Below, in pieces: positions 27,733 to 34,798 of a stretch of DNA of 64,000 bases. This stretch comes from a virus. A model generated the notes under the pieces. It searched no databases. It saw only the letters and a list, made by a program, of their open reading frames with translations, and had not been told where the DNA came from. Each line of letters opens with the position of its first letter. The stretch's first letter is position 1. Where the stretch lies: IMG/VR virus record IMGVR_UViG_3300029286_003689, positions 11,019-75,018 of that record; one strand, written 5' to 3'. Made by a program: the position numbers and the translations under genes.

Positions 27733-27964
27733 TCACTACAAAAATCACTACATCAAAAAAAATAAACCCTTGTAAATCAAGGGTTTAAGGTAAAACTTGC
27801 CAGTCCTACCACTGAGCTACCTCGGCAAAATTTTATGTGTTTAATTTTCAGTAACTTACAGCAATAACTTACTTTATCGTCGCAATCCTGGCTTAGACAT
27901 CTTTAGAGTTATTTATCCTTATTAAGATGTCTCTTGACAGATAACATTAACAGAACATTAACAG
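27733..27964. other. attP-like junction: arm-type repeats flanking a tRNA 5' fragment core
   Basis: TCACTACA x2 (27733, 27745); IR 27763-27787; core 27806-27826; AACATTAACAG x2 (27943, 27954). Confidence 0.75.
27806..27826 (-). pseudogene. 5' fragment of a tRNA (att core)
   Basis: GCCGAGGTAGCTCAGTGGTAG = acceptor 5' strand plus D arm, then similarity stops; isotype not determinable. Confidence 0.8.
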
Positions 27965-28057
27965 TAAATCCATCCCTAAAATTTCCCTTAGAACAACGGA
28001 TAGTATTATCTATCCTCACCTTAAAATCTTTGTTTGTAGGGCTTCCTACGCAGAGAA

Positions 28058-28085
28058 ATTATAGCACAGACTTAGAAAGGCGCAA
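28058..28085 (-). promoter_or_regulatory. Outward-facing promoter aimed at the att/tRNA fragment
   Basis: TTGCGC-16nt-TATAAT with extended TG. Confidence 0.6.
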
Positions 28086-28287
28086 GATATTTTTCGTTGA
28101 GATGTGATATCTTCTTAACCCACACTCATTTAAAAATATCCTCCAGCGGATGATCCTCTTTGTTTCCTCGATAAGCTTCCTGTGCCGCCAGTTCCACCAC
28201 CAAGTAGTCAGACTAATCATCTTTGCCACCTCCTAACTAATAGACGCAAGGGATGGCAAAATCTAACAGAAATATTTTTTAGGAGAG

Positions 28288-28330
28288 AGCCGGTAGATAC
28301 TGCGTGGTTCGGCGGCCACATCTACCGGCT
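28288..28330. terminator. Long hairpin at end of prophage B late operon
   Basis: AGCCGGTAGAT/ATCTACCGGCT 11-bp stem. Confidence 0.5.
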
Positions 28331-28368
28331 TCTTAGAAGAAGCAGGGAGGAACTGCTCCTTTGGAATT

Positions 28369-28845
28369 TTATATTAACACTAATGGTAAGGTAATTTGTA
28401 TCCACGCTCCGCGGCCACCTTCATTAACTACATCGGCTCTAAACTTCCACACTGGCCGGTTCATCTTAGTAGCCCAGAAACCTATCAATAAAGGCAGTAA
28501 GGCCACTCTAAGGCCAAAACCAAGCCAGTGATGGCTTACGTAGGCGTATGGCGCCAAGGCAAGTGCTATACCAAGGCCATGCAGGTAGAAGTTAATAAAC
28601 CTCTCCGGCGCGCCTTTCTTATTCCAGTAGGTTGTTAAGGCGCCAAACATAAGACCGAAGGATAAAAGGTAAGCCCACCAGTAAGATAATTTAAAGCCTG
28701 CCAAGAACCACAGGGCTATAAAAGCTACCGTGGGGCATCCCATATCCCGCCACTTGGTATTCCAGCTGTCAGAGCCTCCCATCCGGTAAAGGATAAAAGA
28801 GGCTATGGCCGCGGCCAGGGTTAAGAAAATCTTTAAGGCAATCAT
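28369..28845 (-). CDS. Multi-pass membrane protein
   Basis: Several hydrophobic segments; end of late operon. Confidence 0.65.
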   Translation of the reverse strand: MIALKIFLTLAAAIASFILYRMGGSDSWNTKWRDMGCPTVAFIALWFLAGFKLSYWWAYLLSFGLMFGALTTYWNKKGAPERFINFYLHGLGIALALAPYAYVSHHWLGFGLRVALLPLLIGFWATKMNRPVWKFRADVVNEGGRGAWIQITLPLVLI

Positions 28846-29192
28846 TAAAACTCTAACCTTCCGCCTGCGCGGCCACCTACGCCGGTCCGGCCATCGCTTT
28901 CAGCAAATCCATATCCTTCTACAAAAGGAATAGGCAGCCACCACGGCCGCTTTTTAACCTCTTGTTTCTGCTGTTGGCTGGGTGAATAGTCAATATGGCT
29001 AAAGCTGAAAGGGTAGACTATAAATTTCTGCGATTGGCTCTGATTCGGCATAAAGAAGGCCCGCCAAATGGTGAAACCGACCAAGACGATCAAGGCCAGC
29101 CATACCACAAACTGCACGTTCTTGGCGTTAGTTACCGGGCTAATAAACCCTGAGAAGAATTTTTTAATATCAAATTTCTCGGTCTCGGCCAT
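28845..29192 (-). CDS. Single-TM protein (possible spanin-like)
   Basis: N-terminal TM, C-terminal beta-like segment ending in F; lysis position. Confidence 0.45.
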   Translation of the reverse strand: MAETEKFDIKKFFSGFISPVTNAKNVQFVVWLALIVLVGFTIWRAFFMPNQSQSQKFIVYPFSFSHIDYSPSQQQKQEVKKRPWWLPIPFVEGYGFAESDGRTGVGGRAGGRLEF

Positions 29193-29204
29193 GGTACCTG
29201 CCTT

Positions 29205-29303
29205 TCATTTTTTGGGTTGGATAGTCACAAACCCGTATTTGACTAAAAACCACATGCTTGCCATTCCGACGAGCCATGCCACTAAAATTATTGCTATAAT
29301 CAT
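29205..29303 (-). CDS. 32-aa hydrophobic peptide (not in ORF track)
   Basis: MIIAIILVAWLVGMASMWFLVKYGFVTIQPKK with AGGAGG RBS. Confidence 0.55.
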   Translation of the reverse strand: MIIAIILVAWLVGMASMWFLVKYGFVTIQPKK

Positions 29304-29319
29304 CTTATTCCTCCTTTGT

Positions 29320-29658
29320 TTACCAGCCGCGTATCGTCACGTATACTTGGTATTGGTCGACGTGAAAAGCGCAGGCAAGGTTGTCGTTAAATAAAATAAT
29401 ATCTCTATGTCCAGGACTGTTCGCGAATTGCTCAAAGATTATTGCGCGGACAGTCTCGTAAGGGTTATGGAAGAAGCCTCTAACTGCGCAGGCTTCTGAT
29501 TTGCCAGGCCGCAGATGTTCCGGCGCGTGGCATAAGTCTTGCGTTCTGGCCATGTGTAAGCAATGCCAAAGGCAGTTTTGATTCTCTTCCCAATTATCCA
29601 TCTTAATCGGGTGCCTGCCGTTCTGCCTCCTGAAGTCGTTAAGGATATTCTTAATCAT
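29320..29658 (-). CDS. CAP/SCP-domain protein
   Basis: LNDFRRQNG, HC.HMA...H, NSPGHRDIIL. Confidence 0.75.
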   Translation of the reverse strand: MIKNILNDFRRQNGRHPIKMDNWEENQNCLWHCLHMARTQDLCHAPEHLRPGKSEACAVRGFFHNPYETVRAIIFEQFANSPGHRDIILFNDNLACAFHVDQYQVYVTIRGW

Positions 29659-29935
29659 TTTTTAATCCGCTTTGCTTAAGCAGTAAGTCTATCCCCGCTT
29701 TTATTTTTGGAATGCACTCTACTCTGTCCTTAACTTCCTGCAGGGTTTTATCGACCTGTTTATGTACTATGTCGCAGACCTTTTGCTGGACGGTTTCTTG
29801 CTCCAGCTTTTCGGTTTTCTCGTCCAATCTTTCATAGACCCTGCTTATCTGTTTGTCTGTTCTTACGTAGGTGGCAATGCTAAATATCACTACAGATAAT
29901 ATCCCGCCACCAGCTATCCACTCTAAAGGATTCAT
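29651..29935 (-). CDS. Holin-like single-TM/coiled-coil protein
   Basis: N-terminal TM plus coiled coil after tail genes. Confidence 0.45.
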   Translation of the reverse strand: MNPLEWIAGGGILSVVIFSIATYVRTDKQISRVYERLDEKTEKLEQETVQQKVCDIVHKQVDKTLQEVKDRVECIPKIKAGIDLLLKQSGLKND

Positions 29936-30249
29936 TGCTTCTCCTTTTTGAGTAACGCTTCAGCTTCCTTGACGGTAAACCCTAACTTGAAGAGTTCGCA
30001 GTTAGGATCATCTTTGTATTCGTGCTGGTAGCGTTCCTTTACCTCTTTGGTAACCTGGTCCTTTACCTCGACTACCCTGTGCGTGTCGCTGCTCTTTCCG
30101 GTCTCGCCGTCTTTTAGCTTGCCGGTTACCTGCCACGCTTTAACCTCGGTCAGCTTCTGGGTTAAAAAAGCCTTTGTTTCTGCCGGGTAATGCTCAAGGC
30201 AGTAGTCTACGTCGTATCTTGTGTTAAGGTGTTTCGGGAATCCTTTCAT
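29932..30249 (-). CDS. Hypothetical phage protein
   Basis: Good RBS; operon position. Confidence 0.65.
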   Translation of the reverse strand: MKGFPKHLNTRYDVDYCLEHYPAETKAFLTQKLTEVKAWQVTGKLKDGETGKSSDTHRVVEVKDQVTKEVKERYQHEYKDDPNCELFKLGFTVKEAEALLKKEKQ

Positions 30250-30262
30250 ATTCTCCTCCTGG

Positions 30263-30574
30263 TTAGGTGAATGTATAGTATCGGTCTATTTTCTTTATCG
30301 TCGTGATAAAGGGTATTTCAGTCTTATATTTCTCTATCTGATCACGCAGGACGTTGGAGCCGGTAAACATCACGGATATTTTGTCGTCTAATTTAAACTG
30401 TAACGTCATGCACAGCTCGCAATTCGCTTTCTTATAATGGCTATCTTTAATTCTATAATCCAATACCGTAATCTCTCGATTAACCACGTCATCGAGTTTT
30501 ATCTTATTGCCTTCTAACGGCATAGTTTCCCGGGCGAATTCGTTAAATCGCTTGGGCTGTTTTTCCGGCGACAT
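30263..30574 (-). CDS. Small protein overlapping DGR1 RT end (candidate non-Avd accessory)
   Basis: Overlaps RT 3' end; beta-rich, not four-helix Avd-like. Confidence 0.6.
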   Translation of the reverse strand: MSPEKQPKRFNEFARETMPLEGNKIKLDDVVNREITVLDYRIKDSHYKKANCELCMTLQFKLDDKISVMFTGSNVLRDQIEKYKTEIPFITTIKKIDRYYTFT

Positions 30575-31574
30575 TTAATATCTCCTGTAGTTTGTCCAGC
30601 TGTAGCTTAAGGCCTAAGTTGTGGCAGTTGGCCCAGCGCATCCATCCGGTATATGAAGCGATGCAAGAGCGAAAGTATATAAGGGTGATCCTGCCCGCGG
30701 CCAAGAGCTTAGGTAATATCTTTAAGCGGCGCTTTACTCTTATCGCCGTTGACTTTCTTAAGAGTACGTACTTTGGAAAGTGCCGGTAACCTAAGAAGTC
30801 AACGCCTTGGGAGACCGGGAAGAGTTCGCATTTGCTCATCTTTAAGCCAAGCGTTTTATCTAAAAATATCTTTAAGTATTTAGCAATCCGGCGCAGTTCT
30901 GCTTTGTCGTTATGGAAGAACAAGAAGTCATCGCAATAGCGCACGTAATTTTTGACCTTGTAGACGTGCTTGACGTACTGATCTAACTCATTAAGGTAGA
31001 TGTTACCGAACCACTGGCTGGTGTAGTTTCCGATCGGGACGTTCTGGCCGCCGCCAATTCCGTAAATAATAGCTTTGATTAGGTTCAGAGTATCTTTGCA
31101 TTTAATCTTGCGCTGTAAGATATTAAAAAGAATGTCGTGTTTTATAGACGGGTAAAACTTAGAGATGTCGCATTTAAGGCAATACTTATTTACCCGGACA
31201 AACTCCATAGTCCGCTGGCTTCCGGCGTGCAGACCTTTACCATCGATGCAGGCGTAGGAGTCGTGAATAAACATCGGCTTGTAAATTGGTTCAAGGATGT
31301 TCATTAAAGCGTGATGGACGATTCTATCTGGTGCAAACGGTACGACGTAAATAATACGCTCCTTGGGTTCGTGGACATATTTAATACGGTATACCGATGT
31401 CTTAAATTTTTTGCTAACTAACATCTCTTGTATCCTCTTTAGGTTCTCGTCTATATTCAGGTCAAAGACTCTTACCTGGCGTTGCCAAGTTTTACCTTTA
31501 CGTGTTTTGGCATAAGCGAATTTTATATTCTCGGTTGAAGTGATTCTCTCGTAAAGATTGCCATGCCTCTTCAT
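30543..31574 (-). CDS. DGR reverse transcriptase 1
   Basis: DRIVHHA, KCDISKFY, PIGNYTSQ (DGR SQ motif), RYCDDF, DFLGY; no maturase domain. Confidence 0.95.
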   Translation of the reverse strand: MKRHGNLYERITSTENIKFAYAKTRKGKTWQRQVRVFDLNIDENLKRIQEMLVSKKFKTSVYRIKYVHEPKERIIYVVPFAPDRIVHHALMNILEPIYKPMFIHDSYACIDGKGLHAGSQRTMEFVRVNKYCLKCDISKFYPSIKHDILFNILQRKIKCKDTLNLIKAIIYGIGGGQNVPIGNYTSQWFGNIYLNELDQYVKHVYKVKNYVRYCDDFLFFHNDKAELRRIAKYLKIFLDKTLGLKMSKCELFPVSQGVDFLGYRHFPKYVLLRKSTAIRVKRRLKILPKLLAAGRITLIYFRSCIASYTGWMRWANCHNLGLKLQLDKLQEILNVAGKTAQAI

Positions 31575-31704
31575 TGTTTATATGGGTCGGAAGATTTTCG
31601 GTTTCCCTACTAACCTTCCAGCCCCTCCGTTGTGTATTTTGCCTTGTAACGGCAAGGCTAATGCATCCAGCCAGGAGTTTATTTTCTCCGCACATTCCCC
31701 TGTA

Positions 31705-31818
31705 TCCGCGCAAAACCGGCAGCCGATATTCGTATTCGTATTCCAGCGGTAGTTATTCGCATTTCGATACCGGGACCCCGCATTCGCGGCGTTACTCCAA
31801 TTACCGCCAGCCATCAGC
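31705..31818 (-). repeat. DGR1 template repeat (TR1)
   Basis: 114 bp, 9 AAY codons; matches 31906-32019 except at adenines. Confidence 0.95.
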
Positions 31819-31895
31819 AACCGATGACGCATTAGCCTGTGAAACTCTACTTTTCAAAAAACATCGCGGACGTGGTCCGTGTCCGGTCTACTTCG

Positions 31896-34232
31896 TTAAA
31901 CGGGCTCCGCGCAAAACCGGCAGCCGATACTCGAAGCCGTAGCCCAGCGGTAGTAAGTCGCAGTTCGAGACCGGGACCCCGCATTCGCGGCGTAACCCCA
32001 ATTACCGCCAGCCACCAGCTTAATATCACCACCTGAATCTGAGTTGTCCACTTCGGTAGCGCCTGGGTCAGCAGAAAAAGTTGTATAAACAGAACCTTTT
32101 GCGCCAGGTAAATTTCCCCAGTATCCGGTTGAGCCATAAGGATAATATGTTTGCGTCCTTAGCCATTGGTTCATTACACCGCAGGCATCCTCTACGCCTA
32201 TGTTTGATATCATACGCCTTGAGGCTGTGTCTACGTGGCCGCCGGTGGTCCCCGGGTCTGCTGATCCGGTAATGTTGGTCTCTTCGTTTGAACCGGCTGC
32301 TATGGCCTGGAATTCGTCATCCTCAAGCATCCGTTTCTTAACGGCTGCTCCGTCATCGGCAAAGTCCGACCAGTTCCGGGTATCTGAAATTGTTCCGCCG
32401 TAAACTGAGGTTGTGCTGCCTCCGGTCCCCGAGGCGAGGTAGATATCTACCCACTTATTAGTGCCTTCGCTAAATACCATGCCTTCCGGGTTCGATACTG
32501 GCCGGTGCAGGAGATCCCAAATTGAAGCTGGAAGAACGTCGCCAACGGCAAAGTCGGTTAAGGTATGGCCTGAAATCGTTCCTACGGCAACGCATAGCCC
32601 GTGAAAACCGCCAATCTTGCGGCTTGTTGAGGCTGAGTAGCCTGATGGCGTGGTTGAATTGGCTGATACCTTAATCGTGGGAGCTGCGCCGGACCCAGGC
32701 ACGCAGGCGTAAATATAGAAGTTTACTCCTGCTCTGTTTGCGGCCGTCCTGTAATCTGTCCCGCTTATCGTATCCCACGACGCCTCTAAGGACAAATCTA
32801 CCTCTGCTTGAGCAGTCAAGAAGTAGACTGTTCCGTTGATGTCTACGCTGAGTTTGTTGGGTGTCAAAATGATGTACCTATTTGCTGCTGTTGAGTAGGG
32901 TGTCTTTAAAGCCCACTTCTGGTCGCGCTGGTAAAGGCTTGGGTAAAGGGCTGCTAACTTTTCGGCAAGATAACCGGCTGAGGCGTCACCTGAGACGTTC
33001 TTGACTTTTTCGTCGGTTCCTCCGCCAGCAGGATTAAGTAATTCCCACCTGGTGTTAGCGAGATTATATTCTACGATTGCCACAAAGCCTGCTCCAGCGA
33101 TATCTCCGGCTGCTAAGGCTTGACCGCCTTTCTTAGCGATGGTATGAGGTGTCAGGCCGTCAGGAGCAAATGTCGGGGTTGTGGATGTATTGGCGCCGCT
33201 TGCTACAAAGAAGCAAATAGCCAAATTTGACAGAGTCATATCCGGGGTGTAGTCTGCGGTTATTGCGTCTACTGTGCCTCCCGCTGTGGCGATAGGTATA
33301 CCTGCGGCTGAGGCGGCATAGGCTGCTGCTTGGTCTCTGGCAGTCTCGGCGGCTGCTTGGGCCGTCTCGGCGTTGACTTCTGCGGCCTCTGCGTTAGTTT
33401 CCGCAGTCTCGGCGTTCGTCTCAGCGATTTCAGCGTTGGTCTCTGCTGTTTCCGCTGCGGTTTGGGCGGCCTGCGCTGCGTTCTTGGCCGTTACTGCGTC
33501 GTCTTTGGCTGTTACGGCTGTGTCTCTGGCGGATTCCGCGGCCACTTGCGCGACCTCTGCGTTAGTTTCCGCAGTCTCGGCGTTCGTCTCAGCCAACTCC
33601 GCGTTGGTCTCTGCTGTTTCCGCTGCGGTCTTTGAAGCTGCTGCTTCTGAGGCTTTGGTAGATGCTGTTGCTGCGCTCGCTGCGGCGGCGTTCTGAGAAA
33701 CTAAGGCTGCGGCCGCGCTGGCTGCTGCCGCGACTGCGGCCTCGTCGGCGTCAAGTATTGTGTTCTCTATGCCGTCTCCGTCGTCGTTCCATTTTAAGCC
33801 TTTACCCGGGTCCGGTTCGGCAACTGTAAGGTCTGTGGTCCCGCCGATCTTAGTCTTTAAGGTTCTTTTAACCTCTTCTTTTATATCCTGAACTCCGGCT
33901 ACGGCTTTATCAACCATTGCTTCAACCACTTTAGCTTGGAAACCTGCCGAGGTAGTCAAGGGTACGGCTTGCGACTTTGGAATATCCCTACCAATAACAA
34001 CGTAATAATCGTCAGAAGGAGCGTCTGCAAAAGTTACGACTCCTCCTGGTGTATCGTCGTCAAATTCAACAGTATAATCACTGCCAAGCGTCTGTAAGGT
34101 CTGAACGCCCGTTTCTACGTCCTCAAGATAGACACGGATATTTGCTTCGGCTATCAAAGCAAAACCGAATGAGAACTCCGTCGTTACTCCGTTGCCAAGC
34201 GTTTTTACTGGTGTATAATTGTCAGCTATCAT
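31896..34232 (-). CDS. Tail fibre / receptor-binding protein with Mtd-like CLec C-terminus (DGR1 target)
   Basis: T7 gp17-like N-terminus (GNGVTT.F.F.F), Ala-rich heptad stalk, WVDIYL...G.ED.CG..NQW...GGNW...GSR...IG.RF. Confidence 0.9.
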   Translation of the reverse strand: MIADNYTPVKTLGNGVTTEFSFGFALIAEANIRVYLEDVETGVQTLQTLGSDYTVEFDDDTPGGVVTFADAPSDDYYVVIGRDIPKSQAVPLTTSAGFQAKVVEAMVDKAVAGVQDIKEEVKRTLKTKIGGTTDLTVAEPDPGKGLKWNDDGDGIENTILDADEAAVAAAASAAAALVSQNAAAASAATASTKASEAAASKTAAETAETNAELAETNAETAETNAEVAQVAAESARDTAVTAKDDAVTAKNAAQAAQTAAETAETNAEIAETNAETAETNAEAAEVNAETAQAAAETARDQAAAYAASAAGIPIATAGGTVDAITADYTPDMTLSNLAICFFVASGANTSTTPTFAPDGLTPHTIAKKGGQALAAGDIAGAGFVAIVEYNLANTRWELLNPAGGGTDEKVKNVSGDASAGYLAEKLAALYPSLYQRDQKWALKTPYSTAANRYIILTPNKLSVDINGTVYFLTAQAEVDLSLEASWDTISGTDYRTAANRAGVNFYIYACVPGSGAAPTIKVSANSTTPSGYSASTSRKIGGFHGLCVAVGTISGHTLTDFAVGDVLPASIWDLLHRPVSNPEGMVFSEGTNKWVDIYLASGTGGSTTSVYGGTISDTRNWSDFADDGAAVKKRMLEDDEFQAIAAGSNEETNITGSADPGTTGGHVDTASRRMISNIGVEDACGVMNQWLRTQTYYPYGSTGYWGNLPGAKGSVYTTFSADPGATEVDNSDSGGDIKLVAGGNWGYAANAGSRSRTATYYRWATASSIGCRFCAEPV
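31906..32019 (-). repeat. DGR1 variable repeat in tail-fibre 3' end
   Basis: 13 mismatches vs TR1, all at TR A (5 G, 5 C, 3 T). Confidence 0.95.
33372..33640 (-). repeat. Heptad repeats (AETNAET) with 168-bp internal duplication in tail-fibre stalk
   Basis: CCTCTGCGTTAGTTTCCGCAGTCTCGGCGTTCGTCTCAGC at 33386 and 33554. Confidence 0.8.
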
Positions 34233-34256
34233 GATAATGCCTCCTTAAGATTTGGG

Positions 34257-34286
34257 TTGACAAAGGGTTTAAAATGGTGGTAGACT
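34257..34286 (+). promoter_or_regulatory. Moron promoter
   Basis: TTGACA-18nt-TAGACT with extended TG; ATG 6 nt downstream. Confidence 0.6.
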
Positions 34287-34292
34287 CTGGTT

Positions 34293-34622
34293 ATGAAAAA
34301 GTTATTTATCATGCTTCTTTTAATTCCTTTCATTCAAGGTTGCGCTATTGGCTTGCTTGCAGGTGGCGTTGGCTATGGCGTCGGTCAAGGCCGAAAGGGC
34401 AGCGCCAAACTCATAGAAGCAAAAGCCAAATATTCCGAGAACTACAACAACTATAAGCTCGGTATGGAAAAAATTAATCTTGAGAGAGAACAGTCTAAAT
34501 TACCGTCTCAACCTATCCTTGACTTTGAAACTTGGTTGCAACAGCAACCTCTTACGCCCGAAGAAATAAAAATGTTTAAATACTACAAAGGGCAAACTGT
34601 AAAAGAACTAACAAAAAAATAA
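34293..34622 (+). CDS. Lipoprotein moron
   Basis: MKK signal peptide, IQG-C lipobox, glycine-zipper-like segment; opposite strand to late operon. Confidence 0.75.
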   Translation: MKKLFIMLLLIPFIQGCAIGLLAGGVGYGVGQGRKGSAKLIEAKAKYSENYNNYKLGMEKINLEREQSKLPSQPILDFETWLQQQPLTPEEIKMFKYYKGQTVKELTKK

Positions 34623-34624
34623 CG

Positions 34625-34798
34625 ATGAAAAACTTACCGGATGAGGGATTAATCTTAAGCAGGGTGCGCGAAGAAAATAAACGGTTACTTACTTCACGAT
34701 GGAAAGCCCCTGTTTTTATGATAATCTGGTTAATATTAGCTGTAATTTTATTTTTCATTGGATACGCAGTTATTTTTTCTAAGATTAATCATTCGTAG
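34625..34798 (+). CDS. 57-aa single-TM protein (not in ORF track)
   Basis: MKNLPDEG...VFMIIWLILAVILFFIGYAVIF directly after lipoprotein. Confidence 0.5.
   Translation: MKNLPDEGLILSRVREENKRLLTSRWKAPVFMIIWLILAVILFFIGYAVIFSKINHS

Larger units (their letters stand above)
1..27826 (-). mobile_element. Prophage A (podovirus-type, BPP-1/epsilon15-like morphogenesis), right part; continues left of window
   Basis: Contiguous minus-strand tail-head-terminase-early genes, divergent repressor, integrase, then att-like site. Confidence 0.9.

Noticed and set aside
27806-27826. Functional tRNA gene
   Set aside because: Only 21 nt match; no anticodon or T arm follows, so it is treated as an att core.
30543-31574. 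RT as group II intron, retron or Abi RT (also 59251-60345)
   Set aside because: Both have the DGR-type SQ motif, lack maturase/endonuclease domains, and have adjacent TR/VR pairs with A-only mismatches.
31578-31832. 84-aa Asn-rich ORF resembling the fibre C-terminus
   Set aside because: It is the conceptual translation of TR1; TRs stay open because they mirror the VR frame.
33330-33696. Plus-strand Ala/Ser/Val- and Gly/Leu/Cys-rich ORFs
   Set aside because: Antisense shadows of the heptad-repeat fibre stalk.
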